From assembly GCF_036321535.1 (NCBI RefSeq), contig NC_087437.1:25236001-25300000 (forward strand): DNA of 64,000 nt, in the 5' to 3' direction. Under the pieces are notes generated by a model that did no database searches, had not been told where the DNA came from, and saw nothing but the letters and a program-made list of their open reading frames with translations. The position numbers and the translations under genes were made by a program. Positions 38,228-51,505 of the stretch are shown here, one piece after another (the first letter of the stretch is position 1; every line of letters starts with the position of its first letter). The stretch comes from Camelus dromedarius (taxonomy: Eukaryota).

Positions 38228-39949
38228 GTATCTCCTTGTCTCCTAAGTGGCACCTGGTGGTTGTTATTTGAATAAATGAAAATACAGATGAATGAATTAA
38301 TCAATAATTGGAATAAATAAATGAGAGTAAGAATAGTTAGGATTATCTGAAAATCTATATCTGGATTATATATTTGAATTATAGTTCCATAATACATTTC
38401 CTATATTAAGCACATATACTGAGTTACCTGACAGTGGAAAATATTTATAAGAATATTATGTTTCCCATATGGAGTTATTGAAGATGTTATTCATATTTGA
38501 TAAAAAATATCAGCACAGTGCAGAAAACTTTAGAGAAACATTTTAGCCCCAGAAGGCACTATCTTTGCCAAACTAATAGGACTCTTTCTTTTTTTTAATG
38601 GAGCAGCAGACACCTTAAAATTGCTGAACAGCAGCCCTTGGAAAAAGATTTTAACAAATTCCATACTTCAGTTGAAAGGGGCTGTGAAAACCTGCCTGGT
38701 AAACAGAACAGCTTTATTTTTTCCAAGTTTTCAAGGCTTGTGGCTCTGGGGAAAGCTTAATTAAACTCAATGAAGAAAAAAATTAAATCATAAAAGTTGA
38801 ATAAGTCAAAATATAAAATATTCAATTATTATTGCCTGTTGGGGTTTGTTTTGTAAATATTTTATTCACAGTCCACACTCAGCTTCCTCTCCTCCCATCT
38901 TTTAAGGGCCGTCTGGGGAATAAACCCACGCTTCCCCACTCAGTCGCTTGACTTCCTTTTAGTCTTCTTATAATTTATTAAATGATGTTTTTTAGAAACA
39001 TAAGTACTTCAAGTTTTCCTTCTTATCACTTTGTGGGTTGTTCTTTTCACCCATAGAATTGCTGGAATTAGAGATATAAAAAAGACCCATTAGGACATCG
39101 GTCCATCCTTTGGGGATTTAGCCACAATTGTTTCTTTCATGGAGCTGCCACCAGTGCTGCCTCAAATACACTACATTAAGTGTCCCATTATGGCAGAACT
39201 CTCCCAAGACGGACGGGAATGTGTTTCATTCAATATACAGACATCTTCAGTAGTTGTTCGCACTTATGTTCCAATTTCTAAAATAATACGGAGACATCAG
39301 ATTCATCTCATTGCTTTTCTACTATGTACTTGTTCATGAACAAGTGAGCTCAAGGTGAATACTCAACAAAGTTAAAATGCATTAAATATTAATAAACCTC
39401 CAAGGACCAAGTCTATGTTGAAATAAATGGCCTAAAGCTTAGATATGAATTAATATTATATCACTATTGTTTCTAATCAGTATCTTGGCAGTCATTAACC
39501 ATATCATCATGATATTTCTATTCAAACTAAGATGCCGTAGTTTTTCCAGTAAACCCAAATTATTAGAAAGTGTTAATATCAGATTCATCTTTTATGATAA
39601 ACATAGTATCTTTCATATTATGTTTCATGTTGTAATATCTTTATTCTTTGGAGGTTGATTTAAAAATATGAGTATTACTCTAGTCTATTAATCAAGTCAT
39701 ACTTTATAGGCCAATGAGGGCAGGTTATTCAAATGACAGGTTGCTTTCAAATTTACGTTGAATAACTCACAATTATCACATACTCAGTTTGATTAAATAG
39801 GAGGATAGTAAGTAATAGTTATAATTACACGTTTTATTCTATCGCATCTCTTGGTATAAATTAATCATTTTCATGCCTGCCAGTCATTTTGGAATAGTTG
39901 TTCTGTGTGTGAGGACATTACCACATTGAGTGTCTCCTTCCCAGTTTGG

Positions 39950-40400
39950 ATGGCAGAGCCCAAATTCTCTAGTTCCTTTGCAGTTACTGCTCAGAAATAC
40001 AGCCTCGGCCACATAAATCAGACAAGGCCAGACAAGACTGTTCGGATATGACCAACACTATGTCAAGCACTGCACAGAGCTTCCATTCTGTTGGTGCAGT
40101 TGGAACAAAAGTGTCCAACAAAGTAGAGCCCCTGAAAAAGAAGTGGCTTCCATGTCATGACAGTAGAAGTTTCAGCGAAGTCATGTTCCTGGTGTTTGCC
40201 TCTCTGTAGTGGCTGTGGCACCAGTGGAGGCTTCTTCACCAGGCCACTTATGAGCCTGGTTATGAGCATTGTTCCAAGAAATTAATTTTGAATCATTGTC
40301 TCTCCAGCCCTTCTGAAGATTTTCTGAGATATCTAACATCTTTAATACATTGTTTTTCTGTTTAAATCTGCCAGACAGGATTCTGGTGACTGACTGATAT
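39950..40400 (+). mobile_element. old MLT1 LTR
   Basis: CCTTTGCAGTTA...GCCACATAA...TTTTTCTGTTTAAATCTGCCAGACAGGATTCTGG. Confidence 0.5.
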
Positions 40401-41919
40401 GCATGGTTCATTATACTCACAAGAACATGAAGCTTGGACATTTCCTTTATCCTCTATGATTTTAAGATTGGGAAAAAATAAAATAATATTCAATAAGTTA
40501 ACCAACATTCACAGAAATTTTTGAAACTTAAGTTATGATCTAATTTAATAAGTTACAGAATGGCTTGGTAGAATCAGCAAAAAGGAGCATGAAATGATTA
40601 AGAAACAATTCAAAAATGATTATGGAATAGAGATAACCAAGAAGCTGCTTTAAAATGTCAAGTTGCAGGTATCTGCAAGTACCCTGAAAAGCTTGTTCAT
40701 CCCTACTGTCTGAAGGATAATTACTGAGGTTCCCTTGCCTAAAGATGAATGAGTAAACTTGAAATGGGAAAAAAAGAAGAAAGAATCTTAAAATTTCAAC
40801 AAAGAGGAAGTCTTGAAAAGGCAATTAATACAGAAAAATGACTTCAAGGAGTATGCTATAGTTTCCTCTTTGAAAAATCAATATTCAGTAAACATTTAAA
40901 GGAATAAAAGCGGTAAGCAAAAGTGGCAAGTAGAAGTGCTCTGAAGAGTGACTCTGAATTATGAAATACTGTTTCATATGCCAGAGGAGTAAATGAGGAA
41001 TACTAATTTGGTGAAACCAATTCATCCATTTCTAATTTGCACGCCACACTGTGTCATCCATTGACTAATGCTTGAAATACATAGCTGACTAACAAGATGG
41101 CTCTTGTTCATCAGGACAACTCTTGACGCCAAAACAGTAACGTGATTGTCCCCAAAGCAATAGACTATTACCAAACTGATTTATGTGTTATCTCTAGGAT
41201 ACTTTTAAATTCACAGCCCATCACATGAGTATAATACAAAATTCAACTGAGAATTCAGAATTCAGCTCTGAAAGAACATCTCAGCTACACACATAATTGC
41301 AAGTTAACATTTGAACAGTTGAAAAATATCTAATGGAAAGAGCCAGAGTTAATTGAATATTTATCCTGCAAAAAAATAAAAAACAATATTCTTACATGGC
41401 TTCTGGGATATCACATAAAAGGGAAGGGGTGGGGGAAGCCACACTCTGAAGCTGAGCACTCAAAAGAGCTAATATACTATTCAAATTAAATAACATCCAT
41501 ATGCGACTATTTTTCTAAAATCTGTTCATTAATTTTGACATTCAATTAGAAACCCGTTGTTCAGATAGTACAAGATGGAAAATTCACATGCATGTGGTTT
41601 GAGTACAAGGATCTTAAAAATTATAATATAAAAAACACATTCACCTGCTTGATAAACTAACACAGACATCACATCTAATATGAGAGATTGTTCTCTGTGT
41701 GGGCTATCGTGTTCAATGTGGATATCCATTTGTGGGAAGATACTATGTTGAGATATTAACTGGTGTGCTTTCTCCCATTCTGCATTCATAGATTCCTTCA
41801 CTTTTAACCCAAAGGCACCTTTTAAACACCTGCTCACCACCCTTCACCACCACTCGTAACAGCTAGACTTGAGGGACTCGCCATGGTCTCTTATTAAGCT
41901 GTATTACTGAAAATAACAC

Positions 41920-42130
41920 GGCCAAGTGGTTATGAGTGTAGACTCTTGAGCTGGACTCTTTGAGTTCAACTGCCAGCTTTGGATACTGATAATCAAATAA
42001 TTTCAGGCAAGTAATTTAACACCTGTGTACCTCCGTTTCCTCACATACAGAATAGCGTTGTCGTATGAGATTACATGCATAAATTGCTTAGAATAGCACC
42101 TGCCACACAACATCAAATGTTAGCTGTTCT
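41920..42130 (+). mobile_element. MIR SINE
   Basis: GTGGTTATGAGTGTAGACTCT...GGCAAGTAATTTAACACCTGTGTACCTCCGTTTCCTCA...GCTTAGAATAGCACCTGCCACA. Confidence 0.8.
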
Positions 42131-42804
42131 TAGTTGTAACCATGTTCAAAATTCACCAGTCCAGACTAAATCAAAAGATGCTATGGTCAGGAGAGGAACA
42201 GCAGAGCTAGGACTCATGTAGGGAGTGTGGGAATAAGAAAGAGCCAGAGCAAGGACGCCCTACCCCTGCTCTTCAGGGAAAGGCGGGGGCAACCTGGACC
42301 CAGAAGTCAGCCTATTGTTGACGATAATCCAATTTGGCCTGATGCTTATCTGTTCCTTGAGACTCCTTCCAGGTTCCCAGTCTATATCCCAACCCAATAT
42401 CAACAAATTGACACCCGGCAGCCTAGGACTCTTGCATAATCCTCCAGACAGAAGGTGAGTGCTCCAGTGCCCTGTGGGAAGCGGGGGGCATACAGGGAAA
42501 GCCTTGCCTGTGCCAGTATTGATATAAAGAAACAGGCTTGAGATATCCACTAAAGTAGCAGAGCAATGAAATGCGTAGCACCTGCCACATATTTATTGAA
42601 CTTCTACTATGTTCTAGATCTTTCCACATGCATTGTCTCACTTCCTCTTGAACTCTCAAGTACAGCAATACTCCAGTTCTTCTTTCCTCAATGTGATGGT
42701 GAGGTCTACCAAAGACATTAAAAAATGAATACACAATGCCAAGATTTCTGTTTATTATGTTTCCTCTAATAAAACGGGGCATTCAAGCATTTAACAGAAG
42801 CCCT

Positions 42805-43010
42805 GCATTTAGAATCAGGAGCCCCAAATTTCAATAGGCTCTACCTAGTAGGTAACTAGTAGTTAGATGATCTCGTCAAGTCACATAGTCTTTTGAGACC
42901 TCACTTTTTTCATCTGTAAGATGAGACACTGCATTGTGTCTTTGCAGAATTATTTTAAGAACTCAGCAACATAATAAATGTGAAAACATTTTAAAAACTA
43001 TAAAGTGCTC
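42805..43010 (+). mobile_element. MIR SINE
   Basis: TTTAGAATCAGGAG...CAAGTCACA...CCTCACTTTTTTCATCTGTAAGATG. Confidence 0.7.
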
Positions 43011-44705
43011 CATAGTTTTCAGGTATAAACCTGTAACCATATATGAGCTGCTCCCTTGAAAATGCTCCACAACCACCTTAACATAAACTCATTCTCTCCT
43101 GAGAAATGCACACTTGTATGCGAGAAGATCACTTTGAAGTTTGGCAGTAATAATAGTTCATTGATTTTAGTAGAATTTTTTATTACTTCCTAGGTAAAAC
43201 CCTGTTTATAATGTTTAATGATTAAATAGGTTAATTTCAAAGTTTCTTAATGAAATAATTGGAGAAGATAATAAAGAAAAAGAGTTGACATAGCTTATTT
43301 TGCTATCATTTTTAGTTCAAGAGAGAAATATTTTTTAATAAGTGGACTTCTAAAAAGAAGACATCAAATACACATACGATTCTTGTATTGTTTTAATTCT
43401 TGTGCTCTACAACAAGTGCCCAAATTAAAATTATAGAAACAAATTCAGTATATATTCGTTGTATTAAAAAGCTGAAAGACAGAAAAATAACAGTTATGTT
43501 CCTGTCCCAAGGTCTGATAATGACAGTGGTAGGGACGTCTGCCACTCAAAGATTCCAAAGAACAAGCCTAGAGCAGTTTTACATGTTTGATTTAATTTCA
43601 TTGTGTGAACTGATATTTATTAAAGTCAAATTCTCATTAGTTTTGAGTTGATTATCTGGTTTGTAAATTATCTAGGGATTTTTTTGGGTCTCTCTTAATC
43701 CCTTTGGCTCTTGAGTTTTGGTCATTTCAATGTTAATTAGCCTCTCTGTTGAATGGTGGGAAGAGGAAGTGAAAAGAAACATGAGATGTGTTATGCTGTC
43801 TTGTTAGCAATTCCAACAAAGACCCATTAGAGAGAATTTGGAAGAATTAGCTTGAATTATTTGTAGATTTCTACCTTTCATCATATTTGTATTCTTCCTT
43901 AATTTGTCTCAATTAATAAGATTTATTTTCTTACTGATAAATGGTGAGTCTAAAGGATCAGCTCATACATATTTAAAATTCCACAAAAATGTGTTTATCT
44001 AAAAGTGAATTAAAGATCCTTCAAAAAAATCTAACTTTTACTCTACATATTTTATTTTGTAATGCTACTACATTATTTGTTTTTATTATGCACTACATTG
44101 AAGGACTGTAAAATTTTCGTTAAGTAGTATGTAATCTTCACATTCTACAACTCAGTTCTCTAACATGTTCTTTAAAAAGATGTCTTCATGTTGAAACACA
44201 CACATACACCTTGCTTATTTACTTTTAAATCTGTATATTATTCTGTTAGATTAATGCACAATATTTATCTGTTTTTCAATTGATGTATTTTACCTGCTTC
44301 TATTTTTTTGCCATTATGAATTGTACTGCAATGATCGTTCTTGTACATGTCTCCTTATTAATTCATACCAGAGTTTCTCTATGGCATACACCCAGGGGTG
44401 AAAATTCTATGTTATGAGATACAACAGCTTTACTATGTATTATTGAACTAATCTCTAAAGAATTTGAACTATTTAACATTTTTACCAGGAGTATCTGAAA
44501 ATTTCTGTCCCTCTAACACTCGTTATTGTCAGATATTTTTTTCATTTTTGCCAGTGACAGGGATGAAAAGGCTTCCTATGGTATAGATATGTGTATGTAT
44601 ATATATTATTAAATACTGATATATATTAATAATTATATATTATTATATTATATATAATTATATAGGCATGGCATATTATATTTAATATAATAACAGATGT
44701 ATCAC

Positions 44706-46560
44706 TTTTTTAGAGCAGTTTTAGATTCCCAGCAAAATCAAGAGGAAGGTATAGAGATTTCCCATATACCCCCTGCCCTAACACACGCACAGTCTCCCCC
44801 ATTATCAACATCCCTCACTGAAGTGGTACCTGTGTTACAACTGATGAATCTGCACTGATGTAGCACCACCCAAAGTCCATACTCTACATCATTAAGGTTC
44901 ACTCCTGGTGTGGTATATTCTGTGGGTTTGGACGAGTGCATAATGACATGCATCTGTTATTAAGGTATCGTACAAACTGTTTTCACTGCCCTCAAAACCC
45001 TCTGTGTTCTGCCTATTACCCTCTCTCAACCCCCCCCCACCAACCCCTAGCAATCACTAATATTTCTGCCATTTTGTATAGTTTTGCCTTTTCCAGAATG
45101 TCATATAGTTGGAATCATACAGTATATATGCTTTAAAGATTGGCTTCTTTCGCTGGGTAATATGCACTTAAAGTTCCTCCATGCCTTTTCATGACTTGAT
45201 ACTCATTTCTTTTTAGTGCTGGATAATATTCTTTTGTTTGGATACACCGCTTATTTATCCTTTTTTTTTTTTTTTTAACCTATTGGAGGACATTTGTTTG
45301 CATGCAGAAAAACTTTCGTCTTCCTCCTTTACTCTCACACAACTCCTGGATTCACAATAATTCTGACACATCTGATCACTAAATATCTGAGGGATTTTCC
45401 CACACCAAACAATGCTCCATGACCACACCTGGGTGTCCTACAATTCAACTCAATTTTGACACGATCTACTGGAGACGGAGTCAGATCCCATGGGTTAAGG
45501 GCTCAGTCCCATGAAACTGCTGCCCTACTTCACATGCCAATCACAAGTAGTAGGTCTCCAAGTGACCCACAACTTATGCCCAACTTGGCTACAAATCAGA
45601 GGCTTCCAGAACCTCTTTCCCTTGGATTTGATTATTTGCCAAAGTGGTTCACAGAACTCAGGGAAATACATTTGGCAGTTTATTAAAGAATGTGATGAAA
45701 GGTGGACATCCAGGTAAGGAGATACTACATAAGGCAAGTTTGGGAGGGTTCTGAGCAAGGAGTTTCTGTCCCTGGGAAGTTGGGGTGCATCACCCTCTCA
45801 GCATGAGGATTTGTTGACCAACTTGGAAGCTCTCTGAATTTCATACTATTGGAATTTTTATAGAGGTTTCATCATGTAGGCATGATTAATCATTAAGTCC
45901 ATTTCCAGAAACCTCTCCCCTCTCTGAAAAATGGAAAGAGGGGCTGGAAATTCCAAGCTTCTAGATATGGCTTGGTCTTGGTCTTTCTGGTGAACTGCCC
46001 CAATCCAGAAGCCTTTCAGGAGCCCGCCTAAAGTTCTCTCATTAGAACAAAAGGTGCTCCTAGGGTTCTTATCACTTAAGGATACACAAGGATTTCAGGA
46101 GCTCTATGCCAGAAATGAAGACAAAGACCAAACATATATTTATTATGATAAAGTACAAGATCACAGGTTACTTCCAAGTTCTGGCAATTAAAAATAAAAC
46201 TGCTATAAACATCCATGTACAGGTTTCTGTGTGATCATAGGTTTTTAACTCTTTTGGGTAAATGCCAAGGAGAGTGATTGCTGCATCATATGGTTAAAGA
46301 GAATGTTTAGTTTCAAAGGACACTGTCAAACTGTCCTACAAAGTGGCTGTACCATTCTGCATTCCCACTAGCAATGGATGAGAGTTTCTGTTGCCCCATA
46401 TCCTTGCCAGCATTTGGTGTTTTCAGTGTTCTGGATTTTGTCAATTCTAATAGGTGGGTAGTGGCTTCTCACTGTTGTTTTAATTTGCATTTTCCTAATG
46501 ACATATGATGTTGAGCATCTTTTCATATGCTTATTTGCCATCTGTATATCTTCTTTGGTG
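44706..46560 (-). mobile_element. L1MC1/L1MB-like 3' end, split by MER21 at 45303-46165
   Basis: TTTTTAGAGCAGTTTTAGATTCCCAGCAAAAT...TCCCCCATTATCAACATCC; resumes GGTTACTTCCAAGTTCTGGCAATTA at about 46166. Confidence 0.85.
45303..46165 (-). mobile_element. MER21-family LTR (near full length)
   Basis: GGGTGTCCTACAATTCAACTCAATTTTGACAC...TCAGATCCCATGGGTTAAGGGCTCAGTCCCA...GACAAAGACCAAACATATATT...TCACA. Confidence 0.85.
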
Positions 46561-46992
46561 AGATTCTCTTATGGCTTTAATTTACATTTCCCTGATTACT
46601 AGTGAAGTTGAGCATCTTTTTATCCACTTATTGGCCATTTTTATTTTTTCTCCTGTGAATTACCTATTCATATGTTTTGCATATTTTCACTGGAAAGCTG
46701 GTACTTCTGATTGTCATTCCTGTGCTGTAGGTATCTTCTCTCAGTCTGTGACTAGCATTTCCACCTTGTTTACAGTTCCTTTTGTGCAGAGTTTCAGTTA
46801 TAATGTGGCAGATATGTGAGAATTTTCTTTTAGGATTTGTGCTTTTTGTATCTTGAGTACATAAATCCTTCCTTACCTGAAGGTCATAACGATATGATTC
46901 TACATTTTTTCCCTGAAAAGTTTTAAAGAACCTAATTGAACATTTTGCATGTGGATAAACAATTGTCCAACACCATTTATCTAAGGGCCCAT

Positions 46993-47417
46993 CGTAGAGG
47001 AGGAAATAAAAGAGTAATTTTTCTCTACTCATCTTAGATTCTCCAGCTGGGCACTTTATAGTGACAAAAGACAGTTTAACAAGAGAAAAAAAAAAAAAAC
47101 AGAAGTTTATTAACGTGTATAGTACATACCTATGCAGTACTCAGAGACAAGTTACTCATAGCAATGGTAGCATATTAGCAAAGAACAATAATTTTGAGAG
47201 ATGTCACAAGACAAGGAAAAAGTTCTTTGAGCCTCCGAGTAGCAAACTGTGGAAAGGCTATGGAGAAACTAATGGTAGATAAATGTTAGTAAAATTTGTT
47301 ATGTTTCCTCTGGTGCCATGTCTGGGTTGATAAGGCTCTAGAGTTGTCTCTAGCGATTAATTTCTGCCCTTCCTGGTAGAGAGGAGAGGGGAGACATCTT
47401 ACAAATGTATGTCTTGC
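46993..47417 (-). mobile_element. MER34-like ERV1 LTR, partial
   Basis: GTAGAGGAGGAAATAAAAGAGTAATTTTTCTCTAC...ACAAAAGACAGTTTAACAAGAGAAAA...AGTTTATTAAC; cut by an L1 3' end. Confidence 0.75.
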
Positions 47418-49700
47418 TTTTATAAAACTGAAGTATAGAAGATTTATAATAATCTATTAGTTTCAGGTGTACAAAACAGTGATTCTATATTTTTACAGAT
47501 TATAGTCCATTTAAAATATTGGCTATATCTTTGGTGCTGTGCAATATATCCTTGTAGCTTATTTATACATAGTACTTTGTACCTCTTAATCTCCTACCCC
47601 TTCCTTGCCTTTCTCCACTTCCCTCTCTCCACTGCTTTGTTCTCTATATCTGTGAGTCTGTTCCTATTTGTTATATTCATTTATTTTTCAGATTCCACAT
47701 GTAAGTGGTAACATATAAAATTTGTCTTTCTCTGTCTATTTCACTAAGCATAATACACTGCAGGTTCATCCATGTTGTTGCAACTGGCAAAATTTTGTTT
47801 TTATAGCTGAGTAATATTCCATTGTATATATCATTCCATTTGTATACATATAAATATCTTCTTTATCCATTCATCTATTGATGGACACTTAGGCTGCTTC
47901 CATATCTTGACAATTATGAACAGTGTTGCATGAACACTGGGGTCCCTGTATTTTTTTGAATTAGTGTTTTCATTTTCTTCAGATATTTACTCAGGAGAGG
48001 AATTGTTGGATCGTGTGATAGTTCTAATTTTAGTTTTCTGAGGAACCTCCATACTGTTTTCCATAGTGGCTACACCAATTTACATTCCCACCAACGATGT
48101 AGTAGAGTTCCCTTTTCTCCACATCCTTGCCAACATTTGTAACTTGTATTCCTTTTGATAATAGCCATTCTGACAGGTATGAGGTGATATGTCATTGTGG
48201 TTTTTTGATTTGCATTTCTCTGATGATTAGCAATGTCAAATATCTTTCACATGCTTGTTTTCTTTGGAAAAATATCTATTTAGATCTTCCACCTATTTTT
48301 AATTGGGTTGTTTGTTTTTTGGTATTAAGTTGTATGAGCTATTTATATAATTTGTGTATCAACCCCTTATCAAAAATGTCATTTGTAAATATATTCTCCC
48401 ATTCAGTAGGCTGTATTTTTGTTTTATTGATGGTTTCCTTTGCTGTGCAAAAGTTTTTAAGTGATCAGGTCCTACTTGTTTATTTTTGCTTTTGCTTCTC
48501 TTGCCTGAGGAGACAGATCCAAAAAAATAATAATGTTAAGACCAATGTCAAAGAGTGTACTGTGGATGTTTTCTTCTAGGATTTTCATGGTTTCAGGTCT
48601 TATATTTAGGTATTTAATATATTTGAGTTTATTTTGTATCTGGTGTGAGGAAATGTTCTAATCTCATTCTTTTACATGTAGCTGTCCAGTTTTCCCAGTA
48701 CCACTCATTGAAGAGATTGTCTTTTCTCCATTGTACATTATTACCTCCTTTATCATAGATTAATTGGCCATAAATGCATCAGTTTATTTCTGGGCTTTCT
48801 ATTCTGCTCCATTGATCTATGTGTCTTTTTTGTGTGCCAGCACCACACTGTACTGTATGATTTGATTACTGTAGCTTTGCCCAATAGTCTGAAGTCAGGA
48901 AGCATGATCCCTCCAGCTTTGTTCTTTGTTCTCAAGATTGCTTTGGCTAATGAGAGTCTTTCTGGTTCCATATAAATTTTAGGCTCATTTTTTCTAGTTC
49001 TGTGAAAAAATAGCATGGGTATTTTGCTTAGTTTTCTCTTTCACTATGAAATTTGGTGAAACAGTTACCTATCCAAGCCTTGAGGTCTTTAAGGGACGTC
49101 CCTTTGTGAGAGTGTCCTTACATAATCTGTGTGTGCCCAGTGGCTTTGGTGGGAGAGCTGGAGCTGAAGTAAGCCCAAGCCAAGTCCTCCCCCAGGCACT
49201 TAGAAACTTGGTAGGAGATGGAAGGGCTAGATAGAGCCAGATATGAACTGGGGCTTCTCCTCTGCTCAGTGGCTCACACCACCCTATCAGTGGCAGGGGC
49301 AGATCTCCAGCTGCTGGAGCAGAAGCCCCGAGGGTCAGGTCCCAGATGGCTCTGTCCCCTCTAAGTGTACGTTCTCCACTTTCCCTGCATCGGCACCTTT
49401 GCCCCAGAGGAGAGGAGTGCTGGAGCAAGAGGGGCTGGGGCAGGTGTCCAGTGCAGGCTGGAGCATGTGCCAGGGCAGTCCCAGCGCCAGTCAGAGCTCT
49501 AGACCTCTCCTGATGTGCTGCCCTGGTGACTATCAACAATGGGTGCCCTACACGTCCATTCAGTGCCATGCCAGGTCCAATACAGCTCTGGCCCTGACAG
49601 CTGCACACTCTTCTCAGTGGTGGCAGTTCTCACCCTAGTGTGAAGTTGAGCCAGTAGTACGAGGGGCCCAAGCAGTGGCTCGGCTGGTGAGCTTATCAGG
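47418..49700 (-). mobile_element. laurasiatherian/cetartiodactyl L1: 3'UTR and late ORF2 (47418-49026) fused to GC-rich 5'UTR (49021-49700)
   Basis: 3' end TGAAGTATAG..TTAGTTTCAGGTGTACA; ORF 48753-49016(-) AKAILRTKNKAGGIMLPDFRL; then ATGAAATTTGGTGAAACAGTTACC...GTGTGCCCAGTGGCTTTGGTGGGAGAGCTGG, an antisense L1 5'UTR. Confidence 0.85.
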
Positions 49701-50480
49701 TTTGGAATTTGCTCAAGGAATTTTTAGCATTTTTCATCATGAGGTTTATTTTCTTCTTGATTTGTTAATATGGTCTTTTGGAGTAACAGATTTTATATTG
49801 CAGTTGATCTATCTTTGTATTCCTGGAAAATACCATAGTTAGTTGTATAATTCTTTAATATACTGCTGAATTTGGCTTCATAGTATTTTATTCAGGATTT
49901 CTGCATCCCTTTCCATCAGGCAGATACATTTATATTTTTCTTATACTCTCCTAATTACTGTAGTGGATCTACACATCAGTTTAGTGGCTTCTGTGCTTTT
50001 ACTGTCCTCTAAAAGGGTAGGTAGAAAATAAATATGTTTGGCCCTTTGAAATTTTGGTAAAGCTCATCTTCTTAGCTTAGTGTCTTTTGAGGCTTGCTGT
50101 TCTTCTGGTCATGAGGGTGTGAGTGTGTATATCCTGTATCTCACCAGGAGCCATAACCAGCTCTAGACTTCAGGCAGCAAATCTCATTGCGGTCTCCTTT
50201 GTTGAAGATGTACTTTAGGTCCTGGAAACTCCATATCTAAAGTGAGGAGGCCCATATCATCTGCTCTCCTCACAGTGCTGCATTTCTTTTCTGTTTCTGG
50301 CCTTAACAGATGTTGTCTTTGTATTTAAGGAAGGCCATGTTCTTCTGATTTTCCTGTTTACTCTTTTACCCATCTTTGATAATGTTCGTAACAAATGACA
50401 TTATTAAAGCATGATGTTTCACACGTTTAAGTAAACAACTGCAAAAACTTAGTTTTCTTTTTCAGATATTTGATCACTGG

Positions 50481-50895
50481 TGTATTCATTTCCTAGGGCT
50501 GCTGTAATAAAGTACTACAAACTGGGTGGCTTAAAACAATAGAAAGCTTTCATCTCTTAGTCCTGGAGGCTGGAAATTAAGGTGTCTGCAGGGCCATACT
50601 TCTGACACCGGCAGGGAAGAGTCCTCCTGGCCTCCTCCTAGCTTCTGACGACTCTCCAGCTCGCCGGCACACCTTGGCTTGTGGCTGCAGCACCTCACCC
50701 AGCGTCACAACGGCGTTCTCCTCTATGTGTCACTCTCCTCCTCACATAAGGACACCAGTCATGTGGGATTATGGGCCCAACTTAGTGACTTCAGTTTTGC
50801 TTGATTACATCTAGAAAGACCTTATTTCCCAATAAAGTCCCATTCACAAGTACTAGGACTTAGGACTTCAACATATCTTTTTGGGAGACACAACA
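50481..50895 (-). mobile_element. MLT1C-like LTR
   Basis: TGTATTCATTTCCTAGGGCTGCTGTAATAAAGTACTACAAACTGGGTGGCTTAAAACAA...TTAGGACTTCAACATATCTTTTTGGG. Confidence 0.88.
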
Positions 50896-51171
50896 CTAGG
50901 TATATGTGGCCATCAATTATATATTGAATTTAATATTCAATGTTATATAAATCATATATATGTATATATCTTTGTGTTTCTAAACACATATATATGTGTA
51001 TGTATACGTAGAGAGAGATGTTTATACATATTTCTATAACTTTCCCTTTGCACCATCTCAAATTCCAGTCTTTACTTATTCAATCCTGGCTTGCTTTCCT
51101 TAATTCTACACAGCAATTTCTCTCTTTGAATTTTAACTATCATCCTGACTATATTATATTATAAAAGGCAA

Positions 51172-51505
51172 TGTCTCAGTTCAGCCTGCTGTAGCAAAGT
51201 ACCACAGACGGGGTGTCTTATATACAACAGAAATGTATTTCTCAGTTTTGGAGGCTGGAAGTCTGAAATTACAGTGCCAACATGGTCAGGTTCCTGTGAG
51301 AGCCCTCTTCTGAGCTGCAGGCTGCTGACTTCTCCTTGTATCCTCTCATGGCAGAAAGAGAGCTAGACAGCTCTCTGGGGTCTCTTTTGCTAATTATCTC
51401 CCAAAGGTCCCACCTCCAACATATGAAATTGTTGAATATGAATCCTCCACATTGGGGGAGACACAATGTGAATTTTGGGGAGGCACAAATAATCAGGTCA
51501 TAACA
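51172..51505 (-). mobile_element. MLT1A-like LTR
   Basis: TGTCTCAGTTCAGCCTGCTGTAGCAAAGTACCACAGAC...GGAGGCTGGAAGTC...TCTCCCAAAGGTCCCACCTCC. Confidence 0.85.

Noticed and set aside
49046..49638. GC-rich region with 179-aa and 131-aa ORFs, possible gene or promoter
   Set aside because: Resembles an L1 5'UTR; long ORFs are expected by chance in GC-rich DNA
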